Positions 1-8,898 of a stretch of 64,000 bases of DNA are shown one piece after another. Source of the DNA: Anaeromyxobacteraceae bacterium. Lineage in GTDB: Bacteria; Myxococcota; Myxococcia; Myxococcales; Anaeromyxobacteraceae. Positions within the stretch are counted from its first letter, which is position 1. Each line of letters begins with the position of its first letter. Position numbers and translations under genes: made by a program. The DNA lies in contig JAULAX010000013.1 in NCBI GenBank assembly GCA_032654565.1, forward strand, positions 32,001 to 96,000, given 5' to 3'. The notes beneath the pieces are model-generated. The model saw nothing but the letters and a program-made list of their open reading frames with translations. It was not told where the DNA came from and searched no databases.

Positions 1-257
1 CCCGGCCCGGAGTCGAAGCGGGCCGTGGCGGTCACCCGCCGCTGCGCCAGGGCCTCGAGGGCGCCGAGGAAGCGCTGCAGGAGCTCGTTGAAGGCCTCGT
101 CCTTGCCGCGGAAGTGGAGGTAGAAGGCCCCCTTGGAGATCCCGGCCCGCCGGGCGATGTCCTCCACCCGGGCGCGCTCCAGCCCGCGGCGGGAGAACTC
201 GACGCGGGCGGCTTCGAGGAGCGCCTGGTGGGCGTCGGGGCGGGGGGGGCGGGCCAC
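1..257 (-). CDS. TetR/AcrR family transcriptional regulator (5' part; runs off the window)
   Basis: Manual translation from GTG at 257: MARPPRPDAHQALLEAARVEFSRRGLERARVEDIARRAGISKGAFYLHFRGKDE, a classic TetR HTH. TACAAC -10-like box 6 nt upstream of the start. Confidence 0.9.
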   Translation of the reverse strand, partial: MARPPRPDAHQALLEAARVEFSRRGLERARVEDIARRAGISKGAFYLHFRGKDEAFNELLQRFLGALEALAQRRVTATARFDSGP

Positions 258-371
258 CCCGGCGTTGTAGCGCTCGCCGGGGTTCCTGGGCAAGCAGGAG
301 TGACCAGCGGGTCAGGAATGGGACCGGCCCCGCGACGCCCGGGCCGCCCGGCCGTCCCCGGCCCAGCCTGG

Positions 372-635
372 TCAGGGGGCGCGGGCCGCCACCAGCCGGC
401 GCACCAGCTGGCGGAGCCCCTGGATCTCGATGGGCTTCTCGATCAGGCGGGTGGTCGAGGCCTGGAGGAACTCGGCGGCCCGCTCGTACTGCTCCTTCAC
501 CAGGGCCTGGGCCAGCTCGACCTTCCCGGTGATCCGGCGGGTCTCCAGGACCAGGGCGGTCAGCACGGCGCCGAGCAGCAGGACGGCGACCAGGGAGGCC
601 GCGGTGGTGATCCGGAAGCGTGTCTTCAGCCGCAT
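372..635 (-). pseudogene. Probable internally deleted hybrid sensor kinase remnant (N-terminal TM fused to a receiver-domain C-terminus)
   Basis: 87 aa. The N-terminus MRLKTRFRIT..+TM resembles a membrane sensor start; the C-terminus AAEFLQASTTRLIEKPIEIQGLRQLV resembles the end of a receiver domain (KP motif). Lies directly downstream of a substrate-binding protein gene. Confidence 0.55.
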
Positions 636-643
636 CGCCCCAC

Positions 644-1624
644 CTACCTGATGAACCCGACGGCGTCGGGCCGGACCGACGCCAGCGGGTCGGCCGCGAT
701 GGTCTCGAGGTAGCTGGGCGCCACCTGCGTCGCCACCAGCCCGGCCCGGATGGCCCAGCGCGCCTCCTCCTCCATCAGCACCAGCAGCCCCTGGTCCAGC
801 CGCACCCGGAAGACCAGCTGCCTCAGCATGGCGTCGAGGACCACCGGGTCAGCGGTGAACGCAGCGGCGGCGACGCGCCGCGCCTCCTCGGGGTGGTCCT
901 GGAAGTACCCCTCGGCCTTGAGCAGGGCGCGCAGGACACGCCGGGCGGCCTCCGGCCGCTGCTCGGCGAATCCGCGCCGGCCGATCAGCAACAGGGTCTC
1001 GGAGTAGAGCTCGTCCTCGTAGAAGGAGAGGGCCTGGTCGCCAAAGCGGCGCTGCAGCAGCAATGCGGTCGGGTTCCAGGTGGCGACGGCGTCGACCCGG
1101 CCGCTGGCGAGCGCCCCCTCCATCTCTTCCGGCCTGAGGTCGAGGAAGCGAACCTCGCGGCGCTCCAGCCCGTGGCGCAGCAGGAAGGTGTCGAGGAAGA
1201 ACTCGCCGCTGCTGGCCCGGGTCACCCCGATCCGCTTCCCCTTCAGGTCGCCGGGGCCGGAGATCCCGGCCCGGGTGAGCGCCACCACGGCCATGTTCTT
1301 CCTGGAGAGCCCGATGGAGGCGAGGATGGAGAGCCGGTGGCCGGAGAGCTCGGCGAACACCAGCGGGGTCTCGGCGCTGGTGGCGAGGTCGCCCTGGCCA
1401 GCGGTCAAGGACGCCAGGGCCACCTTCCCGAACTGGTGGGGCCGGAGCGTCACCGCCAGCCCCTCCTCCCTGAAGTAGCCCCTGGCCTCGGCCACGTGGA
1501 CCAGGCTGAAGTGCGGCAGCATGGCCAGCTCGATGGTGACCGGCTCGAGCGGCTGGGACGAACGCCTCTCGGCGCAGCCGAACGCCATGGCAAGGCTGGC
1601 CGCCGCCGCGATCGCTCTCCACAT
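644..1624 (-). CDS. NrtA/SsuA/NMT1-like ABC-type substrate-binding lipoprotein
   Basis: Lipobox AFGC; motifs VAEARGYFREEGL, DLKGKRIGV, GRVDAVATWNP. Confidence 0.85.
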   Translation of the reverse strand: MWRAIAAAASLAMAFGCAERRSSQPLEPVTIELAMLPHFSLVHVAEARGYFREEGLAVTLRPHQFGKVALASLTAGQGDLATSAETPLVFAELSGHRLSILASIGLSRKNMAVVALTRAGISGPGDLKGKRIGVTRASSGEFFLDTFLLRHGLERREVRFLDLRPEEMEGALASGRVDAVATWNPTALLLQRRFGDQALSFYEDELYSETLLLIGRRGFAEQRPEAARRVLRALLKAEGYFQDHPEEARRVAAAAFTADPVVLDAMLRQLVFRVRLDQGLLVLMEEEARWAIRAGLVATQVAPSYLETIAADPLASVRPDAVGFIR

Positions 1625-1833
1625 TGGGTCCCCCCCCGGGGCTCCGCTCCACTGGAAGTCTAGGCCTCCGCCGTGAACCCCGGGGAGGACCCGGCGGGGT
1701 CAATGGGGGCGGGGCCACCGGGACCGGCCCCTCCTCGGGACCATCCTGCGGCTGCGCCGTCCTGCCGCGGCCGGTTGGACAACCGGTCGGACTGAAGGAG
1801 AATCGCCCCGATTCGCACCCGAGGAGAACCGAC

Positions 1834-2682
1834 ATGATCCATGGAGCCATGCTGGGGCTGCTTCTGGCCGGAGCACCTGCCACCGCTGCGGCCGGGCCGT
1901 CCCCGGTGCGCGTCGCCGTGCTCGACCTGCAGCACGCCGGCGGGGGCGACCGCAAGGAGGTGGACGGCCTCTCGGCGCTGCTGGCCTCGGAGGTGGCGCG
2001 CCGCCCCGGGCTGGCGGTGGTCTCCGGCGCCGACCTGCGCGCCCTCATCGGCTTCGAGCGGCAGAAGGCGCTGGTGGGCTGCGCCGGGAGCGGGTGCGCC
2101 GCCGAGCTGGGCGGGACGCTGGGCGTGGCCTACCTGGTCTCCAGCGAAATCTCCCGCGTCGGCTCCAGCTGGCTCCTCAGCCTGGCGCTGCTCGACGCCC
2201 AGAAGGCCACCTCGCTGGGCCGGCTCACCCGCAAGGCCGCCTCGGTGGACGGGCTGGTCGAGGAGTTCCCGCGCGCCGTCGACGAGCTGCTCGCCTCGCT
2301 GGGGCCGGCCGGGGCCCCGCCGCCGGTGACCCGCTTCGACGGGAGCTGGGAGGTGGCCATCACCTGCCCGGCCACCGCCGAAGGGACCGCGCCCAAGGGG
2401 TACGCCTACGCCTTCCCGGCCACCGTCAAGGACGGCGTGCTGGTGGCCCGCCACCTCAAGGAGGGGGCGCCGGCGTCGCTGGTCATCGAGGGGTCGATCC
2501 AGGCCGACGGCCGGGCCCAGCTGGCGGCCCGCGGGCTCACCGGGAACCCGGCCTACAGCGCCAAGCGGGCCTCCGCGGGGACCGCCTACACCTACGGGAT
2601 CAGCGCCCGCTTCGACGGCGCGGCGGGCACCGGCCGGCGCCTCGAGGGTCGGCCCTGCAGCTTCATCTTCACGAAGAAGTGA
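1834..2682 (+). CDS. Exported protein with an N-terminal CsgG/TolB-N/DUF2380-like domain and a beta-rich C-terminal domain
   Basis: GAGGAG RBS before ATG 1834; signal peptide; motif VAVLDL...GFERQK..GC....C.AELGG.LGV shared with 7881-8834. Confidence 0.7.
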   Translation: MIHGAMLGLLLAGAPATAAAGPSPVRVAVLDLQHAGGGDRKEVDGLSALLASEVARRPGLAVVSGADLRALIGFERQKALVGCAGSGCAAELGGTLGVAYLVSSEISRVGSSWLLSLALLDAQKATSLGRLTRKAASVDGLVEEFPRAVDELLASLGPAGAPPPVTRFDGSWEVAITCPATAEGTAPKGYAYAFPATVKDGVLVARHLKEGAPASLVIEGSIQADGRAQLAARGLTGNPAYSAKRASAGTAYTYGISARFDGAAGTGRRLEGRPCSFIFTKK

Positions 2683-2701
2683 GCTGGGACCCGGACCGGG
2701 C

Positions 2702-3547
2702 TCAGCGCCGCGTCGCCCGCTCGGCGGCGGCGGCCTCGGCGGCCGACTGCTCGGCGCGCCCCAGCCCGGCGGCCACCCCGGCGGCCCGTCGGTGGAGCGC
2801 GGCGGCCTCGGGGCCGGCCGAGGGATCGGCGTCGGCGAGGCGCGCCGCGGCGGCCAGGGCATGGAGGAGCGAAGGCCGGTCGTCGCCGGTCGAGAGAGGC
2901 GCCAGGGCGGCCCGGTAGCCGGCGCGGGCCGCCGCCAGGTCGCCCGCCCGCTCGGCGGCCAGGGCCCGGGCCAGCGCGAGCGGACCGGCCACCTCCGGGG
3001 CCTCGCCGGCCAGCCCCTCGGCGGCGGCGAAGCGGGTCCGGGCCTCCGCGGGCGGCGCCAGGGCGCCCAGGCCGAGCTCGGCCAGCGCCGCCGCCGCCCG
3101 GTCGCCGCTGGCCTCGGCGAGGGCGCGCGCCTCGCGGAGCGGCTCGGCCACCTCGCCTTGCCCGCTGGTGCGCCGGGCCCGCGCCAGCCCGAGCAGGGCC
3201 CGGGCGGCAAGCCCATCGTCGCCGGCCTGGCGGGCCAGCGCCGCGGCGCGCTGCAGCGGCTCGATGGCGGCGGCCGCGTCCCCGGCCGCGAGCAGGGCCA
3301 GCCCCTGGCGGCAGGCGGCGTCGGCGGCCAGGGCGGAGCGGTCGCCGGCGGCGGCGCTGGCCGAGGCGCGGCCGTAGAGGGCGGCCGCGGTGCGAGGGTC
3401 GTCGAGCCGGCGCGCCGTCTCGCCGGCGGACCGCTGCCGGAGCGCCAGCGCCTCGGCGGGGGGCGGGCGCGGCGCCGCGCAGGCCGCGGCGAGGAGCAGC
3501 GGGAGCAGCGCGGCGATCCGTGCCGGGAGCGGGGCGGCGGCGCTCAC
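2702..3547 (-). CDS. TPR-like alanine-rich lipoprotein
   Basis: Lipobox LAAAC; helical repeats; 4-nt overlap with the MlaD-like gene. Confidence 0.7.
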   Translation of the reverse strand: MSAAAPLPARIAALLPLLLAAACAAPRPPPAEALALRQRSAGETARRLDDPRTAAALYGRASASAAAGDRSALAADAACRQGLALLAAGDAAAAIEPLQRAAALARQAGDDGLAARALLGLARARRTSGQGEVAEPLREARALAEASGDRAAAALAELGLGALAPPAEARTRFAAAEGLAGEAPEVAGPLALARALAAERAGDLAAARAGYRAALAPLSTGDDRPSLLHALAAAARLADADPSAGPEAAALHRRAAGVAAGLGRAEQSAAEAAAAERATRR

Positions 3548-4602
3548 GGCCGGCCCTCCGGCGCCGAGGGGGACGGCGGAGGGGCGGTCGACGCCGGCAT
3601 CGGCCCGAGGTCCAGCACCGCCGGGGGCACCGGCCGCGCCGGCTCGGGCACGGCGCCGCGCAGCAGCCAGTGCTCGTTGAGCAGGTCGAGGGCCCGGTTG
3701 GCCTGCAGCACCAGCACCTGCACCTGCCCGAAGAGCAGCTCCAGGTCGGCGCCCCGGCTGCGGGCCCGGTCGGCCAGCTCACCGGCCCGCTCGGCCACCT
3801 TGGCGGAGGCGCCCACCAGGGCGTCCAGCTTGGCCCAGCTCCCATGCAGGTCCTCGAGCAGCACCGCGGTCCGGTCGTAGAGCGCGGCGTCGGTGGCGAG
3901 GCGCCCCAGGGTGCCGCGCCCCTGGCGCACCCCCTGGAGCAGCGCCTCGGTCTCGGCCAGCACCCCGGCGGCGTGGGCCACCGCCTCCTCCCGCTCCACC
4001 GCCCCGGCCAGCCGGTCCAGGGAGCGGACCAGCTTGTCGGCGTTCTCGGCGGTGCGGGACCGCTGCACCTGCTCGAGGATGGCGTCGCTCCGGTCGAGGA
4101 TCGACTGGGTGCGCGAGAGCATGAGCGGGATCTGCTCGCGGATCTGCTCGACGGTCTCGCGGGCCTTCACGGCGGGGTCGCCCTCGGCGACGCCGGCCAT
4201 GAGGCGCCCCTCGGGCCAGGGGGCCGGCAGGCCGCCGGCGTCCAGCTCGATGTGGAGCTCGCCCACCAGGCCGGCCAGCGGCACCCGCAGGGTGGCCCGG
4301 GCGTCCTCGCGCAGCACCTCGCGGGCGGCGTGCAGCAGCGAGAGGCGCGCCCGGATCAGCCCGCCCTCCCGGGTGGCGACCGCCACCTTGCCCACCGCGT
4401 CGCCGGCCAGCCGCACCGGCACCCCGGGCCGCAGCACCGCGGCCTGCGCCGCCGGGAAGGTGATCTCCAGGCTGGCGCGCTGCTCGAAGGCGTTGCGCCC
4501 GCGGCCGACCACCACCAGGGCGCCGAGCAGGAGGAGCAGCGAGGCCAGCACGAAGACGCCGACGATCTCGCGGACGTGGCGGAGCGGAGGGGCGGAGGTC
4601 AT
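3544..4602 (-). CDS. MlaD/MCE family protein
   Basis: N-terminal IVGVFVL TM; MCE motif LRPGVPVRLAGDAVGKV; coiled region with G.GTLGRL..D..LY; terminal HWLLR. Confidence 0.85.
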   Translation of the reverse strand: MTSAPPLRHVREIVGVFVLASLLLLLGALVVVGRGRNAFEQRASLEITFPAAQAAVLRPGVPVRLAGDAVGKVAVATREGGLIRARLSLLHAAREVLREDARATLRVPLAGLVGELHIELDAGGLPAPWPEGRLMAGVAEGDPAVKARETVEQIREQIPLMLSRTQSILDRSDAILEQVQRSRTAENADKLVRSLDRLAGAVEREEAVAHAAGVLAETEALLQGVRQGRGTLGRLATDAALYDRTAVLLEDLHGSWAKLDALVGASAKVAERAGELADRARSRGADLELLFGQVQVLVLQANRALDLLNEHWLLRGAVPEPARPVPPAVLDLGPMPASTAPPPSPSAPEGRP

Positions 4603-5276
4603 GGTCGGGTCACCGGAAGTGAAAGGCGTCGGGCGCCGAGCGCCGCGGCCAGGGCCAGGTCGGGGGAGGTCACCAGCAGGGCGTGGCCGGGCTCCCGCGC
4701 CCAGGCGGCCAGCGCGGCGGCCATCTCCGCCGCCGACGGCTCGTCGAGGTCGTCGAGCGGGTCGTCGAGCAGGAGCAGGGCGGGCTCGAGCAGCACCGCC
4801 CGGGCCAGCGCCACCCGCCGCCGCACCGGCAGCCCCACCTGCTCCGGCCGCAGGTCGGGCGCCTCCTCGAGGCCGAAGCGGGCCAGCGCCACGTCGCAGC
4901 GGGTCCGCGGGTGGTCCAGGCCGTGGAACTCGAGGGGGAGGAGGAGGTTCTCGCGCAGCGTCAGGTTGGCGAGCAGCGCCCCGTGGCGCGGCAGCCAGCC
5001 GACCCGGACCAGCAGCGAGGCGGCGGCGCGGCGGGAGAGGGCGGCCGGATCCTCGCCGAAGAGCCGGACCGTGCCGGACCGCGGGCGCTCCAGCCCGACC
5101 AGGGCGCGCAGCACGGCGGCGCCGGCCTCCATGGGGCCGTGCAGGTGGAGGGGCTCGCCGGGCCCGAGCGCCAGGTCGAGGCCGCCGAGGCCGGCGGCGT
5201 GGTCCAGGGCGAGGCCGGAGGTCTCGGCGAAGGGGGCGTCCGGCCGGTCGGCCAGGTCGGCGGGGGCGGTGCTCAC
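4599..5276 (-). CDS. MlaF-like ABC ATP-binding protein with degenerate motifs
   Basis: GTG 5276 overlaps the MlaE stop. LLANLTLRENLLLPL and RRVALARAVLLEPALLLLDDP are present, but Walker A reads GPMEAGAA. Confidence 0.8.
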   Translation of the reverse strand: MSTAPADLADRPDAPFAETSGLALDHAAGLGGLDLALGPGEPLHLHGPMEAGAAVLRALVGLERPRSGTVRLFGEDPAALSRRAAASLLVRVGWLPRHGALLANLTLRENLLLPLEFHGLDHPRTRCDVALARFGLEEAPDLRPEQVGLPVRRRVALARAVLLEPALLLLDDPLDDLDEPSAAEMAAALAAWAREPGHALLVTSPDLALAAALGARRLSLPVTRP

Positions 5277-6079
5277 GCGAGGTAGAGGAGCGCCGAGACC
5301 AGCGTGTTCCAGCCGAAGGAGATGGAGAAGGCGCGGACCACGGTGGCGGTCACGGCCGGGGGCACGTCGGTGGTGCTGCGCCAGGCCGAGAGCCCCTCCA
5401 GGCAGCCCACCGCGGCGATCACCAGGCCGGGGACCACCGTCTTGGCCAGCAGGGCGGCCACGTCGGCGGGCTGGAGCGAGCGGGCCACCTGCGCCAGCAG
5501 GTCGGCCGGCGCCGGTCCACCCAGCAGCGGGGAGAGCAGCGCGCTCGCCCCCAGCGCCGCCGCCAGGAAGAGGATGGTCAGCGAGACCAGCGACACCGCG
5601 GTGCCGAGGAGGCGCGGCACCACCAGGTACTCGAAGGGGTCGATGCCCAGCGCCGCCAGCGTGTCCACCTCGCCGTCGACGCGCATGGTGGCCAGCTCCG
5701 CCGCCATGGCGGTGGCGCTCCGGGCGATGACGATGGTGGCGGCCACCACCGGCCCCAGCTCGCGGACCAGCACCACCACCAGCAGGGTGCCGAGCACCTC
5801 GCCGCCCGCCGCCGCCGACCACGGGGCCTGCACCGCCACCACCAGCGCCACCATGAGGGCGAGCAGCAGGGCGAAGGGGACCGCCTTGACGCCGGTGAAG
5901 TAGACCTGCCGGTAGAAGACCTGGCGCACCGCCGGCCGCAGTCGCCCGCCGCCGGGGAGGAGCGTCCAGAGCACCTCGCCCACCAGCGCCGCCAGCCGGA
6001 CGGCGTAGCCGGCGCCGTCCACCACCGGGGTGCCGGCGGCGCGGGCCAGGGCGAGGGGTCGGGTCCACATCGGGGCCAT
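5273..6079 (-). CDS. MlaE family ABC permease
   Basis: VRELGPVVAATIVIARSATAMAAELATMRVDGEVDTLAALGIDPFEYLVVPR. Start could instead be ATG 6070. Confidence 0.9.
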   Translation of the reverse strand: MAPMWTRPLALARAAGTPVVDGAGYAVRLAALVGEVLWTLLPGGGRLRPAVRQVFYRQVYFTGVKAVPFALLLALMVALVVAVQAPWSAAAGGEVLGTLLVVVLVRELGPVVAATIVIARSATAMAAELATMRVDGEVDTLAALGIDPFEYLVVPRLLGTAVSLVSLTILFLAAALGASALLSPLLGGPAPADLLAQVARSLQPADVAALLAKTVVPGLVIAAVGCLEGLSAWRSTTDVPPAVTATVVRAFSISFGWNTLVSALLYLA

Positions 6080-6120
6080 CCCAACCTGCGCCCGGCGGCG
6101 CGTCAAGCCGGACGGGCCGG

Positions 6121-7878
6121 TCAGGGGATGCGGAAGCCGTACGCCCGGTTGCGCGCCGTGCGCATGGGAGCCGCCGCCGTCCAGGCCTGCGTGACCGGGT
6201 TCCAGATCTCGACCGTCGCGGTGACGATGGTGCTCCAGTCCGTGCCGGTGCCGCCCCCGGCCACCACCACGCGCCCGTCGCCGAGCACCGCCACGGCCGG
6301 CAAGGTCCTGGCGGTCCCGAGCGAGGGCGCCGTGGACCAGGTGTTGGTGGCCGGGTCCCAGAGCTGGACGGTCGTGACGGCGGCGCTCGCGGCCATGCCC
6401 CCCACCGACCCACCGATCAGCATGACCCGGCCGTCGGACAGCGGCGCCAGGATCCCGGCCCGCTGGGTGACGGCCAGCACCGCACGGGTCAGCCCGGCGC
6501 CGGCCGCCGGGTCCCAGAGGTAGCTGTTCAGCCCGGCCTGGTCGAGGAACAGGACCTTGGTGCCGACCAGCACCATCTGGCGGCTGCCCGGGTCGGGGAG
6601 CGTCGGGGCTCCGGCCGCGGACCAGGCGCCGGCCCCGCCGGCGATGGTGGGGTCGGGGTTGAAGAGCTCGCAGGAGCTCCAGGTGGTGGAGAAGCCGTCG
6701 GTGCCGCCACAGACCAGGACGCGGCCGTCCTGCAGGACCACCGAGTGGATGGCGCCGGCGCGCCCCGTGGTGAGCGAGGCCACGGTGCGCCAGGAGGTGC
6801 CGTCGAAGAGCTCGGCGCTCACCGACACCTGCGCCAGGGTCTGGCCCAGCACGTTCGGCCCCGAGCAGCCGCCGGAGCAGCCGGTGGCTGCGAACATGGA
6901 ACCGTCGGCGAGCGGTGTCAGGACGAAGCTCCCACGGCCGAAGTTCATGGGGGTCACGGTCGACCAGTTCAAGGTGGCGGGATCCCAGATGCTGGCCTGG
7001 TTCTGGCCGGCCTGTGCGCCGGTGACGGGGTGCCCCCCGGCGACCATGACCCGGCCGTCGCCGAAGGCGGCGACGCTGGTCGCCGACAGGTTGATCGGCC
7101 CGCCGGGCGAGGGGATGTCGTTCCCGGCCGGCAGCCAGGTGTCGTTGACCGGATCGTAGACCTCCGACGAGGCGATGGGGACCTGGGTGGCGTCGAAGCC
7201 CATCACCACGGTCATCCGGCCGAGCGCGACCGGCGTGGCCCTGACCTCCTGCGAGTCGAGGCTCTCGCCGGCCATGTTCACCGCGGTGATCACCAGGTTG
7301 TGGGGGGTGCCGTTGGTGAGCCCGGTCAACGGGCTGCCGCTGGTCACGCCGGTGACCTTGGTGGCCGTGTCGCGCAGCACATGCCCGAAGGTGGAGTAGT
7401 AGGCGTTGTAGGAGGTGGCACCCGGGGAGGCCGTCCAGGAGACCGTGAGGGACCTGTCACCGGCGGTGACCGTGACGTTGGTGGGGGCGGCCGGGATCGG
7501 CGGCATGGGCGTGGCCGACGCGGTCGGGGTCGAGGCGGCGCTCTCGATGCCGCCCAGCGTCGCCGTGACGAAGAAGTGGTAGGTGGTGCCGTTGGCGAGG
7601 GCGCCGATGACGTCCCCGATGGCGGCGTTGGAGGTCCTTCGCCAGCTGCCTCGCGGCAGCGACGGGTCCGCGGAGCAGTAGACTGTGTAGGTGACGCCGA
7701 CGGTGGAGGACGGCGTCCAGGAGACGGTGACCGTGGTGTCACCCGCGACCGCCGTGACGCCGGTCGGGGCCGCCGGGGGGACGCCGCACGGGCCGACGCA
7801 GGCGACGGCGCCCGGGTCGAGGATCACCTGGCAGCCGGAGAGGAGCAGGACGAGGCCGATGGAGAGGAGGCGGCGCAT
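6121..7878 (-). CDS. Lipoprotein with two FN3 domains and a Kelch beta-propeller
   Basis: Lipobox LSGC; two PAAPT.VT..AGD....VSW FN3 units; Kelch repeats (DGRVLVCGG, EIWNP...W). Confidence 0.85.
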   Translation of the reverse strand: MRRLLSIGLVLLLSGCQVILDPGAVACVGPCGVPPAAPTGVTAVAGDTTVTVSWTPSSTVGVTYTVYCSADPSLPRGSWRRTSNAAIGDVIGALANGTTYHFFVTATLGGIESAASTPTASATPMPPIPAAPTNVTVTAGDRSLTVSWTASPGATSYNAYYSTFGHVLRDTATKVTGVTSGSPLTGLTNGTPHNLVITAVNMAGESLDSQEVRATPVALGRMTVVMGFDATQVPIASSEVYDPVNDTWLPAGNDIPSPGGPINLSATSVAAFGDGRVMVAGGHPVTGAQAGQNQASIWDPATLNWSTVTPMNFGRGSFVLTPLADGSMFAATGCSGGCSGPNVLGQTLAQVSVSAELFDGTSWRTVASLTTGRAGAIHSVVLQDGRVLVCGGTDGFSTTWSSCELFNPDPTIAGGAGAWSAAGAPTLPDPGSRQMVLVGTKVLFLDQAGLNSYLWDPAAGAGLTRAVLAVTQRAGILAPLSDGRVMLIGGSVGGMAASAAVTTVQLWDPATNTWSTAPSLGTARTLPAVAVLGDGRVVVAGGGTGTDWSTIVTATVEIWNPVTQAWTAAAPMRTARNRAYGFRIP

Positions 7879-7880
7879 GG

Positions 7881-8834
7881 CTAGAAGCTCCCCGCGAGCA
7901 GCAGGTGGCCGCCGCCGGCGTCCGGGGCCACGGTCACGCCGGTCCGCCCGCCGGAGAGGATGAGGTAGGTGCCGACACCGGCGGCCAGCGCCCCGCCGGC
8001 GAAGAGGAGATCGGCCTTGCGCGAGGCGGACCTGGTCAGGTCGCGCTTGGCCAGGTAGGTCGGGTAGTCACCGGCGGCGCCGGCCTTCTTCTCGGCGTCG
8101 AGCGCAGCCTTGGCCTGGAGGCCGAAGGCCAGCCCCACGGCGCCCAGCGCGGCGCCGGTCCCCGCCAGCGCCCAGCCCCAGGTGCGGCGCGAGGAGCCGG
8201 CCGACTCCAGCCGGACCGGCGCCTCGGCGACCGGCACCGCCGCGGTGGCGCGGGGGGCGGGCGTGGGCGCGATGGCCCGGGCGGCGGGAGGCGCAGGCGG
8301 GGTGGCCGCGGCGACGGCCGGCGGCGGCGCGGTGGCCGGCAGCTCCGCCGGGATCAGCGCCTCGAGGAGCTCGCGCGTCCCCAGCTGGACCAGCTTGACC
8401 AGCTTCTCGGCCTTGCCCTCCACCGACTCGCCGAAGCGCCCCAGCACCCGGGCCCGGCGGGTGTCCACCAGCCTCAGGTCGATGCGGTGGAGCGTCTCGA
8501 TCCGCCCCAGCGTCCCCACCAGCAGGGCGTCGACCCCCAGGGCCCCGCCGATCTCGGCGAGGCAGGCGGAGTCCTCGCTGCAGCCGAGGAGCAGCTTCTG
8601 CCGCTCGAACCCGATCATGGCCCCGATGTCGGAGCGGCCGACGACGTCGAGCCCCTTCACCCGCGAGGCCTCGGTGAGCGCCACCTCGGAGAGCAGCTCG
8701 GCGAGGTAGGCGTCGGTCCCCAGCGGGCGGATCTCCATCACCGCCACCCGTGGCTTCCGGGCGGTCGGCGGGGCGCCGGCCGCCAGGGCGGGCGCGAGGA
8801 CGGCGGCGAGCAGGACGGCGGCGCGGAGGCTCAA
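7881..8834 (-). CDS. Exported protein with a CsgG/TolB-N/DUF2380-like domain, Pro/Ala linker and C-terminal hydrophobic hairpin/beta-strands
   Basis: Probable TTG start at 8834 before a signal peptide; GFERQKLLLGCSEDSACLAEIGGALGV; ends LLLAGSF (terminal Phe). Confidence 0.7.
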   Translation of the reverse strand: MSLRAAVLLAAVLAPALAAGAPPTARKPRVAVMEIRPLGTDAYLAELLSEVALTEASRVKGLDVVGRSDIGAMIGFERQKLLLGCSEDSACLAEIGGALGVDALLVGTLGRIETLHRIDLRLVDTRRARVLGRFGESVEGKAEKLVKLVQLGTRELLEALIPAELPATAPPPAVAAATPPAPPAARAIAPTPAPRATAAVPVAEAPVRLESAGSSRRTWGWALAGTGAALGAVGLAFGLQAKAALDAEKKAGAAGDYPTYLAKRDLTRSASRKADLLFAGGALAAGVGTYLILSGGRTGVTVAPDAGGGHLLLAGSF

Positions 8835-8898
8835 GCGAGGATCCTTTCCGTGACGAAAGCCGGGGGTATCGAACGCTTCGTGCGGATGACCGAACCTG

